A stretch of 64,000 nt of DNA from NCBI GenBank assembly GCA_948857205.1, contig CAQPRV010000107.1, positions 9,272 through 73,271 of the forward strand, given 5' to 3'. Below, in pieces: positions 38,468 through 47,206 of this stretch. The DNA is from an uncultured Clostridia bacterium. GTDB lineage: Bacteria > Bacillota > Clostridia > TANB77 > CAG-508. Below the pieces are notes generated by a model that did not search any database, was not told the origin of the DNA, and was given only the letters and a program-made list of their open reading frames with translations. Within the stretch, counting starts at the first letter, position 1. Each line of letters opens with the position of its first letter. The position numbers and the translations under genes are program-made.

Positions 38468-39421
38468 TTATTTCTTTTTTATATAAGGTGAAACTTCAAA
38501 TTTGATTTCAAAACATTTAAAATCATATAATTCATTTTTTTCTAAGCAATCTAGAAATATGTCCAGTTCGTCTAAATTTCTACATGCAGCAATAACTATT
38601 GGATTTAATTCATGTTTAAACATTAATTCTAATCCTAAATCTAAAGAGTTTGAAATAGATTTATTTTCTTTTTTTCTCATTAAATAAAATGCTTCTCTAA
38701 ATCTTGAAATTGAAGAATTTTTAAACTTGTTTAGAGGAACAATATAAATATCATTAACTACATCTTGCATAACTTTATATTTGTCTTTAGAAGCTAAATA
38801 TAGTTTTTTAACTTCATCAAAATAATAAGGTAAATACGCTTTTTGCGATTTTTCAGAAATATATAAGATATTATTATCTATATGATTTAATTCTATATTA
38901 TTATCAAATTTTGATGTACAGTTTTTTTGTTCATTTTTTTTTCTTTTTTTATATTTTTTAAATTGATATGGTAAAAGATAGAGCATTTCAGATAATATTG
39001 ATGATACTAAATTTTCATATTCAAATATTATTTGATATAAATAATCACTTTTTTTATTATATTCAATTAGTTCAGCCTTTATTTCGTTGTAATTATTATA
39101 GATATCTTTATCATATAATGAAATGATGTTTAATAATGATGAGTCTAATTTGATTGATAAGTTATATATATTATCTAATTTTTCAAAAGAGTCTTTAAGT
39201 AGTTTATTTATATTATAAAATTTTTCCATATTTTTTTTATTAAGAATATTAGAATTTTTTATTAAAGTTTGTGTTAAAAAATCAAGATTATTTTTTTTAG
39301 TTTCATATAGATTTTGTATATTTTTTATCCTATTTGATTCTGCTTGTATTTCATATATTAAGTTATTTTTCATAAATTTATCTAAAGATTCAAAATTATA
39401 GAAAAGCATGATATCCTCCAT
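38468..39421 (-). CDS. Hypothetical protein
   Basis: Long ORF with an SD-like GGAGGA upstream. No recognisable domain. Confidence 0.5.
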   Translation of the reverse strand: MEDIMLFYNFESLDKFMKNNLIYEIQAESNRIKNIQNLYETKKNNLDFLTQTLIKNSNILNKKNMEKFYNINKLLKDSFEKLDNIYNLSIKLDSSLLNIISLYDKDIYNNYNEIKAELIEYNKKSDYLYQIIFEYENLVSSILSEMLYLLPYQFKKYKKRKKNEQKNCTSKFDNNIELNHIDNNILYISEKSQKAYLPYYFDEVKKLYLASKDKYKVMQDVVNDIYIVPLNKFKNSSISRFREAFYLMRKKENKSISNSLDLGLELMFKHELNPIVIAACRNLDELDIFLDCLEKNELYDFKCFEIKFEVSPYIKKK

Positions 39422-39679
39422 TTTTATATTATAGTAAAATAATTATATCATTTAAAATTTTGTAAATCAATTATAACATTTTTTAATTTTCAACTTTTTG
39501 CAAGTGAAGGTATTTAAACATAGAAATATTAAAATATTTTAATAGTAATATTAGTGTATTTGTAATAAAAATGTAATAAAAAAAATATTGATAAAAATTT
39601 TAGGATTTGATATTATATAAATAAGATGTATAAAATATAATTATACATTATTTAAGCACAGAAGAAAAGAGGAAAAGAA

Positions 39680-40018
39680 ATGATTTTATTAAATATGTCA
39701 AATCCAGTTATTTTATTATTAATGTTATGTGCTACAATATTGTTAATATTTTTAGCACAAGAGATAAAAAAGAGTTTTATTGCAGGGCTAGTTTTATTTG
39801 CATATTTGGGAATACTAGGGGTACATGTTTTTCAAATAAGTACATTATTAGAAGAATTTAAAGTATTCACTCCAATTCTTTCAAAATGTATTATAATTGA
39901 TTTTGTATTTGTATTTATCTCATTTTTGTCATATTTATGGGTAGATGATATAGAAGCAAAAGCAAAAGGTAAAAAGAGTATATGCAATTCTTTAGATTGG
40001 TTATGGAAAAAAGTATAA
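39680..40018 (+). CDS. Hypothetical small membrane protein
   Basis: Three predicted TM segments and a GAGGAAAAG SD. Confidence 0.5.
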   Translation: MILLNMSNPVILLLMLCATILLIFLAQEIKKSFIAGLVLFAYLGILGVHVFQISTLLEEFKVFTPILSKCIIIDFVFVFISFLSYLWVDDIEAKAKGKKSICNSLDWLWKKV

Positions 40019-40139
40019 ATAAAACTGAACCAAGTATTTAACTAAATATTAGGTTCTTTTTTTGTTGTATAGAAAAGTCATAAAGCAGTATCAAAATGAA
40101 TATACATATATATAGTAGACTTAAGACAAGGAGAAATGT

Positions 40140-41321
40140 ATGTTTAATGTTACTGTATTAAAAATAAAGGATGTAGTCAAAATTTTTGCAGGAATAATAT
40201 TTCTGCTAGGAATAATATATATAGGAAAGTATTCTCTTAAACAGACAAAAGAAAAGTCAGTTTCAAGTGAAATTGAAAGTAAAATAAGAACAATATCACA
40301 AAACAATATGTTACAATGTTTAGATACTGTAATGCCAGTAATACCACAAACTGATAAAAAAGAAAACAAACAAGAAAGCCAAAAAGAATCAAAAAAGAAT
40401 GAACAATTAAAAAGTAACATTTTACAGGGTTTATTAAAAAAACAGATTAGTACTATAGGTGGCATAGAAAAAATAGAAGAGAAACAAGCTAAAATAGCTA
40501 GCACAAAAGAAACTATAGCAGAAGAAGAAATAAAGCAATCAGAAGAAACAAAGTTAGCTGAAACAGGTTTAGATACACAAGTAATAACAAACAATCCAAT
40601 ACAAGAGAATTTTAATGTACAGTATGGAAAAGTTAAAATAAGAAATCAAACAGAAACACCACTAACACAAGAAATGTTAACTCCAGATATTAAAATAGAA
40701 AATAAAAATATAGTATTATTTCATACACATAGTTGTGAAAGTTATACGGCAAGTGAAAAATATCAGTATAATCCTACAGGAAGTTATAGAACAACAGATT
40801 TAAATTTTACTGTTGTTAGAGTAGGAACAGAATTGGAAAAACAACTAAAACAATATAATTATAATGTAGTACATAGTACAGATTATCATGACTATCCTTC
40901 CTATAATGGTTCATATACTCGTTCTTTAGCTACAGTAGAAAATATATTAAAAACAACTCCTAGTGATATTATTATAGATGTACATAGAGACGCAGTTGGT
41001 TCTAGAAATGACTATGCACCAACTGTTAAAATTGGTAACGATGAAGCAGCTCAAATAATGTTTGTAGTTGGAACAAATGTTGGTGGACTTTGGCATCCAA
41101 ATTGGAATCAAAATTTAAAATTTGCAATAAAAATTCAAGAAAAGGCAGAAGAGATGTATCCAGGATTGTTTAAACCCATAATGCTTACACCTTCTAGATA
41201 TAATCAACATACAGGTAAATATGCAAGTATTATCGAAGTAGGAGCTACAGGAAATACACTTGATCAGTGTCTAAATAGTATGAGATATTTGGCAAAGGTC
41301 ATGAACGAAGTTTGCCAATAA
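40140..41321 (+). CDS. spoIIP: Stage II sporulation protein P (SpoIIP amidase/endopeptidase)
   Basis: N-terminal TM. LFHTHSCESY, IIDVHRDA and MFVVG... blocks are typical of SpoIIP. Confidence 0.85.
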   Translation: MFNVTVLKIKDVVKIFAGIIFLLGIIYIGKYSLKQTKEKSVSSEIESKIRTISQNNMLQCLDTVMPVIPQTDKKENKQESQKESKKNEQLKSNILQGLLKKQISTIGGIEKIEEKQAKIASTKETIAEEEIKQSEETKLAETGLDTQVITNNPIQENFNVQYGKVKIRNQTETPLTQEMLTPDIKIENKNIVLFHTHSCESYTASEKYQYNPTGSYRTTDLNFTVVRVGTELEKQLKQYNYNVVHSTDYHDYPSYNGSYTRSLATVENILKTTPSDIIIDVHRDAVGSRNDYAPTVKIGNDEAAQIMFVVGTNVGGLWHPNWNQNLKFAIKIQEKAEEMYPGLFKPIMLTPSRYNQHTGKYASIIEVGATGNTLDQCLNSMRYLAKVMNEVCQ

Positions 41322-41378
41322 TTCCATTTTATCATTTATATTGTTTCTAGTTATTTATTATTGTTGTTGATAAATACC

Positions 41379-41420
41379 AAATTCTAAGAAGAAGTTTTTA
41401 ACTGTTTCTTAGAATTTTTT
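41379..41420 (+). terminator. Rho-independent terminator after spoIIP
   Basis: 12-bp arms aaattctaagaa / ttcttagaattt plus a T-run. Confidence 0.7.
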
Positions 41421-41559
41421 GAATAATTATAATATAGCTATTGAAAAAACATAGTAAAGATTTACTAACACATAATTTATATCTAGTTTTTCAATGTCCA
41501 CAAAGTAAGATATCCACAAGAATTTATTATAATATAATAGTTTTCTTAGAATAGAAAAA

Positions 41560-41649
41560 ATAAGAAAATGAAAGAATTTATTGAATTTGTTCTCGCCTGA
41601 TTTGAGTTTTCGAATGTAAGGAGAAAATCTCAAAGGGCTAGAGATTGTA
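41560..41649 (+). repeat. 90-nt intergenic repeat, copy A
   Basis: About 81 of 90 positions are identical, without gaps, to the reverse complement of 49416..49505 (hand alignment). Confidence 0.75.
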
Positions 41650-41762
41650 TAAAAAAATTGCCAAATTTCTCCGTCCCCAATGGCACAAATTTAAATTTAA
41701 TATTGAATAATAAAAAAATATTATATATAATATAAATATCAAAAGAAAAGAGAGGTAAAAAA

Positions 41763-43070
41763 ATGTTAGATATTAAATTAAATTTAAAAAATAGTGGAAT
41801 TGAGAAAGAAGAAATTTATTGTTATAAAGAAAAGGTTGAAACAATTCACAAAATATTACATAACAGAGCAAATGATGAAAAAGATTTTGTAGGATGGTTA
41901 GAATTACCAACAAACTATGATAAGAATGAATTTGAAAGAATTAAAAAATCAGCACAAAAGATACAAGAAGAATCAGATGTGTTGGTAGTTATAGGAATAG
42001 GAGGATCATATTTAGGGGCAAGAGCAGTAATAGAAGCTTTGACAAGTTCTTTTTATAATATGTTATCAGAAAAACAAAGGAAAACACCAGAAATATTATA
42101 TGTAGGAAATAACTTAAGTCCAAATTATATAAATGAATTAATTGAATACTTAGAAGATAAAGATTTTTCTGTAAATGTAATATCAAAATCTGGAACAACA
42201 ACAGAACCAGCAATAGCATTTAGAATTTTTAGAGAAATCTTAGAAAACAAATATGGAATAGATGAAGCTAGAAGCAGAATATATGCAACAACAGATAAAG
42301 AAAAAGGAGCACTAAAGACTCTTGCACAAAATGAAGGTTATGAGCAGTTTATTGTACCAGATAATGTTGGTGGAAGATATTCAGTATTAACAGCAGTAGG
42401 ATTACTTCCAATTGCAGCAGCTGGAATAAATATAGATAAATTAATGCAAGGAGCAAAAATAGCACAAGATAGATATAATGACTCAGATGTGAGATACAAT
42501 GAATGTTACCAATATGCAGTAGTAAGAAACTTATTATATCAAATAAATAAAAATATAGAAATATTAGTAAACTATGAGCCAAAAATGCATTACTTTACAG
42601 AATGGTGGAAGCAACTTTATGGAGAAAGTGAAGGAAAAGATAAAAAAGGCATATTCCCAGCAGGAGTAGACTTTACAACAGACTTACATTCTATGGGACA
42701 ATATATTCAAGATGGAAGAAGAAATTTATTTGAAACAGTAATATCAATACAAAATCCAAATTCAGATATACAAATAAATTCAGATGATGATAATTTAGAT
42801 GGATTAAATTATTTAGCAGGAAAAAGCTTAGATTATGTTAATAAAAAGGCTATGGAAGGGACAATAGAAGCACATGTATCTGGCAATGTGCCAAATCTTC
42901 AAATAACAATTGAAAAACTAGATGAAGAAAATCTTGGTAAATTAATATATTTCTTTGAAAAAGCATGTGCAATATCTGGAATGCTCTTAGGTGTAAACCC
43001 ATTTAATCAACCAGGAGTAGAAGAATACAAGAAAAACATGTTCAGATTATTAGAAAAGCCAGGATATTAG
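41763..43070 (+). CDS. pgi: Glucose-6-phosphate isomerase
   Basis: Firmicute-type PGI, about 435 aa. [34 protein letters not shown]. Confidence 0.95.
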   Translation: MLDIKLNLKNSGIEKEEIYCYKEKVETIHKILHNRANDEKDFVGWLELPTNYDKNEFERIKKSAQKIQEESDVLVVIGIGGSYLGARAVIEALTSSFYNMLSEKQRKTPEILYVGNNLSPNYINELIEYLEDKDFSVNVISKSGTTTEPAIAFRIFREILENKYGIDEARSRIYATTDKEKGALKTLAQNEGYEQFIVPDNVGGRYSVLTAVGLLPIAAAGINIDKLMQGAKIAQDRYNDSDVRYNECYQYAVVRNLLYQINKNIEILVNYEPKMHYFTEWWKQLYGESEGKDKKGIFPAGVDFTTDLHSMGQYIQDGRRNLFETVISIQNPNSDIQINSDDDNLDGLNYLAGKSLDYVNKKAMEGTIEAHVSGNVPNLQITIEKLDEENLGKLIYFFEKACAISGMLLGVNPFNQPGVEEYKKNMFRLLEKPGY

Positions 43071-43083
43071 AAGGATAGAACTT

Positions 43084-43542
43084 ATGGAATTATTAGAATT
43101 GGAACAAGACCAATACCTTATTATAGAAAAGGAAAAATACAAAGTACTAAATAAAGTTAAATTTATAGAAAAATCTTCTTATTGGATAGAATATAAATTG
43201 CAAAAAATAGATAATGCCGAAAGGCATTATCTAAATGTAGAGATATCTGGAAAAGCAATTTTATATAAAATAATAGAAGCAAAAGATATACAAATAAAAA
43301 TAAATATGACAATCCAAGAAGAAGCTTTTGAATTGTTTGAAAAAGGTATAGGAAAAGTAGAAAATTATTATGGAATGACAGATGTAGGTTTAAAGGAAGA
43401 AGTAAATTATTACGAATATAAAAGTAAAGTAGATAACCAAAAAATATTATCAATTGAGAAATGGAAAGACGAAATAGAAGTTAGTATAGGAAAGATAATA
43501 AGTTTAAGAAATATAAAAATATTAAAGGAATTTGAAAGATAA
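43084..43542 (+). CDS. DUF4178 domain protein
   Basis: Pattern ...Y.V..K......SYWIEYKL.......HYLNVE... matches DUF4178 as I recall it. Confidence 0.65.
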   Translation: MELLELEQDQYLIIEKEKYKVLNKVKFIEKSSYWIEYKLQKIDNAERHYLNVEISGKAILYKIIEAKDIQIKINMTIQEEAFELFEKGIGKVENYYGMTDVGLKEEVNYYEYKSKVDNQKILSIEKWKDEIEVSIGKIISLRNIKILKEFER

Positions 43543-43565
43543 AAGGTAAAAGGGGAAAATAAAGG

Positions 43566-44609
43566 GTGAACTTAAAAAAAGGACAAGTTTTATATGTAGA
43601 CAATATAAAATACACTGTGGTAAACATGGTTGAATATAAAGAAGATACATGGTTATGGCAAGAATACGAAATAAGAGCAGATAATTATACCTATAAATGG
43701 TTAACAGTAGAAGAAAACGAGAATAAGCAAATTGAATATTATATATATAGTTCATACTATAGTACTAATATGAACATAGATATAAACGAAATAGAACAAA
43801 CAATTGAAAATATAAAATATGAATTATATGAAAAAGGGAGAGCAGTTGTTAATAACTATTTTGGAGATGCAGATGTAGATAAATATGAAAGTTGTGAATA
43901 TTTTGATTATATTTCAGAAGATAAAAAGACTATTTTGTCATTAGAAAAATGGGAATATGAAATTGAAAAAAGTATAGGTTCAAAAATAGAAAAGGAAAGA
44001 GTTCAAATTACAGAGGAAATATTTAAAAACAGTAGACAAACAAATGAATTTGGAAATTATAATAAAAAACAAACAAAGCTAATTCCCTTATGGATTATAT
44101 CAATATTAATTATATTTCTTCCAATAATAATAAGAATATTTTATAATTCTAATAATTCAATAGAAAAATATTTACAAAAAGAAATATCAAAATATACCTA
44201 TGTAACATCAGTTACAAATAATGTAAATAATAAAAAAGCAAAAGTATATAAATCGTCTTTTTCTACAATTGATGAAACTGTAAAAGATATTATAGATGGA
44301 ATACCAGATAAAATAACAGATACAATTGATAGTAATCCAAATACAGAAGATGATGGAATAGGCTTGCACACAAAAAAAGAATTTGCATATATCTACAAAG
44401 AAAAATCAGAGATATATATACAAGTATCAAGTAAGGAGTACGTAAATAATTCAGGAACAATGTATCATTCAAGATATCATAGTTATTATTATAATACTTT
44501 TTTAAGTACAAGAAGAAGTTCAACTTATTCTAATTATGCTTCTTCAGCTAGACAAAAAAGTATAAATAGTAGAACATCATCTGGTGGAGGAACTAGTTCA
44601 GGGAAATAG
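43566..44609 (+). CDS. DUF4178 domain protein with central TM and a Ser/Tyr-rich C-terminal tail
   Basis: N-terminal VDNIKYTVVNMVEYKEDTWLWQEYEIR...KWLTVEE, TM LIPLWIISILIIFLPIIIRIF, tail ...SRTSSGGGTSSGK. Confidence 0.6.
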   Translation: MNLKKGQVLYVDNIKYTVVNMVEYKEDTWLWQEYEIRADNYTYKWLTVEENENKQIEYYIYSSYYSTNMNIDINEIEQTIENIKYELYEKGRAVVNNYFGDADVDKYESCEYFDYISEDKKTILSLEKWEYEIEKSIGSKIEKERVQITEEIFKNSRQTNEFGNYNKKQTKLIPLWIISILIIFLPIIIRIFYNSNNSIEKYLQKEISKYTYVTSVTNNVNNKKAKVYKSSFSTIDETVKDIIDGIPDKITDTIDSNPNTEDDGIGLHTKKEFAYIYKEKSEIYIQVSSKEYVNNSGTMYHSRYHSYYYNTFLSTRRSSTYSNYASSARQKSINSRTSSGGGTSSGK

Positions 44610-44670
44610 GAGGGAAAAGGTTGAAAAATAATTATAATTTTTTTCAACCAGATTTGTGCCTTAGAAAGGA

Positions 44671-44892
44671 ATGAGATTAAATATGATAAATATAAATTGG
44701 ATAGAAATACTAAATACAATAATATATGCAGGTTTAGGTGTTGTTTTAATGCTTGTTAGCATGTATATCTTTGATTTAACAGTGCCATATGACTTTAATA
44801 AAGAATTAAAAGAAAAAAATGTTGGTGCAGGATTTATGATTGCAGGGATTTTTATAGCAATTGCCATTATTATAAGAACAGTAATTATGTAG
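44671..44892 (+). CDS. DUF350 (YjfL-like) small membrane protein
   Basis: FDLTVPYDFNKELKEKNVGAGFMIAGIFIAIAIII matches the DUF350 pattern. Confidence 0.65.
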   Translation: MRLNMININWIEILNTIIYAGLGVVLMLVSMYIFDLTVPYDFNKELKEKNVGAGFMIAGIFIAIAIIIRTVIM

Positions 44893-44904
44893 GAGGGAAA
44901 TAAA

Positions 44905-45111
44905 TTGGAAGTTTTATCAAAACTAATAGAAATTATTATATATGTAGCAATAGGAATCATATTTTGTTTTATTGGATATAAATTAACAGAATTTATATTT
45001 AGAAAAAGTTTTAAATTAACAGAAGAAATAGACAATCATAATAAGGCTGCTGGGATTATGATTGGAGGAATGTTTATAGCAATAGGAATTATTATGAGTG
45101 GTGTATTATAA
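44905..45111 (+). CDS. DUF350 (YjfL-like) small membrane protein
   Basis: LTEEIDNHNKAAGIMIGGMFIAIGII. Non-ATG (TTG) start. Confidence 0.6.
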   Translation: MEVLSKLIEIIIYVAIGIIFCFIGYKLTEFIFRKSFKLTEEIDNHNKAAGIMIGGMFIAIGIIMSGVL

Positions 45112-45112
45112 A

Positions 45113-46645
45113 ATGGAAGAAAAAAATGAACAAATAAATGAAAAATTTGATGCAAGATTATTATTAGTAACAACCTTATTAATTTCAATATGTTCAATAA
45201 TTTATGAACTGATAATTAGTAGTATCAGTTCATATTTGCAAGGTGATAGTATTACACAATTTTCAATTACAATAGGTTTATATATGAGTGCAATGGGGAT
45301 TGGTTCATACTTATCAAAGTATATAAAAAATAAATTATTTAATAGATTTGTTTTTATAGAAATGAGTGTAGGTATACTTGGAGGATTTTCAAGTTTAGTT
45401 TTATTTTTGGCTAATATCTATACAGAAATATATGATTTGATAATGTATATATTGATAATTTTAATTGGTATATTTGTAGGGCTAGAAATTCCAATATTGA
45501 CAAGAATTATTGAAAATAATGAAAGTAATGTACGAAAAAATTTGGCAAATATTTTTACTTTTGATTATATTGGCGGATTAATAGGTTCTATTGCTTTTCC
45601 TTTATTATTATTTCCAAAATTAGGCTTTGTAACAACTACTCTTTTAGTTGGAAGTATTAATATTTTTGTAGCCTTATTGATTATATTAAGGTATAGAAAT
45701 TATATAGAAAAATATAAAATAGTTCTAAATATTTCAATACTGGGTTTAGTTATAATTACTATTTTTCTTTTTACTGGAAAACTATTAACAAGCAAAATTG
45801 AGGAAGGCTTGTATAGAGACGATATAATCTTATCTGAACAAACTCAATATCAGAAAATAGTTATGACAAAACATAAAGATGATGTAAGATTATTTTTAGA
45901 TGGGAATTTGCAATTAAGTTCAACTGATGAATATAGATATCATGAAGCCTTAGTTCATATTCCTATGTTGTATGCAAAGTCTCATGAAAGGGTTTTAATC
46001 CTTGGTGGTGGAGATGGATTAGCAGCTAGAGAAGTACTAAAATATAAAGATGTTAAGGAAATTGTGTTAGTTGATATTGATAAGCAAATGACAGATTTAT
46101 GCAGTACTGATAAACAACTTGTTGAATTAAATAAAGGTTCTTTAAGTGATCAAAAATTACATATTGTTAATCAAGATGCTTATTTATATGTTCAAGAAAA
46201 TGATAAAAAGTTTGATGTAATTATAATAGACTTTCCAGATCCTAATAATGAAAGTTTAAATAAATTGTATACTAATGTTTTTTATAATTATATAAAATCA
46301 AACTTAGTAGAAAAGGGTGTTATGGTTTGCCAGTCTACAAGCCCTTATTATGCTAAAAAATCCTTTTGGTGTATTAATAAAACTATTAAAACTCAATTTG
46401 AAACAGTACTTCCGTATCATTTGCAAGTTCCAACTTTTGGTGAGTGGGGTTTTAATTTGGCTTTTAACGGAGAAAACATAAGAAATAATTTATCTGTTGA
46501 AACTAGATATTTGTCTGCAGATAATATTGATACCTTGTTCTTATTTGGAAAGGATGAATTGGTGAATTTAAATATGGTTCAAGAAAATAATATGTTTAAG
46601 CCTTCTCTTGTTACCTATTATAATGAGGAAGTTCAAAATTGGTGA
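45113..46645 (+). CDS. Polyamine aminopropyltransferase (spermidine-synthase fold) fused to an N-terminal multi-TM domain
   Basis: About 7 TM segments, then VLILGGGDGLAAREVLKY, VDIDKQM and IIDFPDPNN. The ATG at 45113 lies 1 nt after the preceding stop; the track start 45098 is an upstream GTG. Confidence 0.8.
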   Translation: MEEKNEQINEKFDARLLLVTTLLISICSIIYELIISSISSYLQGDSITQFSITIGLYMSAMGIGSYLSKYIKNKLFNRFVFIEMSVGILGGFSSLVLFLANIYTEIYDLIMYILIILIGIFVGLEIPILTRIIENNESNVRKNLANIFTFDYIGGLIGSIAFPLLLFPKLGFVTTTLLVGSINIFVALLIILRYRNYIEKYKIVLNISILGLVIITIFLFTGKLLTSKIEEGLYRDDIILSEQTQYQKIVMTKHKDDVRLFLDGNLQLSSTDEYRYHEALVHIPMLYAKSHERVLILGGGDGLAAREVLKYKDVKEIVLVDIDKQMTDLCSTDKQLVELNKGSLSDQKLHIVNQDAYLYVQENDKKFDVIIIDFPDPNNESLNKLYTNVFYNYIKSNLVEKGVMVCQSTSPYYAKKSFWCINKTIKTQFETVLPYHLQVPTFGEWGFNLAFNGENIRNNLSVETRYLSADNIDTLFLFGKDELVNLNMVQENNMFKPSLVTYYNEEVQNW

Positions 46646-46690
46646 GGTGTGTGATGGTTTGAAAGAAAACAAAATCTTTCATTACTATGT

Positions 46691-47026
46691 GTGCCTTTAG
46701 AGCGAAGCGAGAAAGGAATGGAATTTTATATGAAAGCTATGATGTATAATTTTAATACTTGGATTAAATATAGAGATGAGAGTATCTTAGTTAGAGATTT
46801 TGATAGGTTACTTGTTAATTCTGGTTTTACTATTGTTAATAAAGTAGAGCATTTTTTTGAGGGTCAGGGTTATACTGGTTTATGGCTTTTGGCAGAAAGT
46901 CATTTTGCTATTCATTCTTTTCCAGAAGAGGATAAGGTTTATATTGAGATTTCTAGTTGTGTTAAGGAGTATTTTGATAGGTTTGTAAAAGAAATTTCTA
47001 GATTAGATTTTAATTGGAAATATTAA
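46691..47026 (+). CDS. S-adenosylmethionine decarboxylase-like pyruvoyl proenzyme (SpeH/SpeD class 1)
   Basis: LLAESHFAIHSFPEE matches the E-S self-cleavage motif (xESHxxxHTxPE). The true start is probably an internal ATG (46718 or 46730). Confidence 0.7.
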   Translation: MPLERSEKGMEFYMKAMMYNFNTWIKYRDESILVRDFDRLLVNSGFTIVNKVEHFFEGQGYTGLWLLAESHFAIHSFPEEDKVYIEISSCVKEYFDRFVKEISRLDFNWKY

Positions 47027-47206
47027 GAAAAAGGATAATTCTGTTAGTAAAAATAGTACAAATCTGTAAGTAAAAAAATTGTAATAAATTTTGCATGTAT
47101 AGAAATTTTCTAGTGAAAATTTAGTACACGAGCAAATTAACAGAAAGCCAAAGAAAAAAGTTAAAGTTATGCTAATATTAAGGCTTTCTGATTTGTTCTA
47201 TCAATA

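Noticed and set aside
40121-40594. 157-aa ORF on the minus strand
   Set aside because: It is antisense to the spoIIP 5' region. It is a shadow ORF.
41495-41520. Two DnaA-box-like sequences (TGTCCACAA, ATATCCACAAG) upstream of repeat A
   Set aside because: There are only two imperfect sites and no AT-rich unwinding context or dnaA/dnaN nearby. This is insufficient to call an origin or a DnaA-box cluster.
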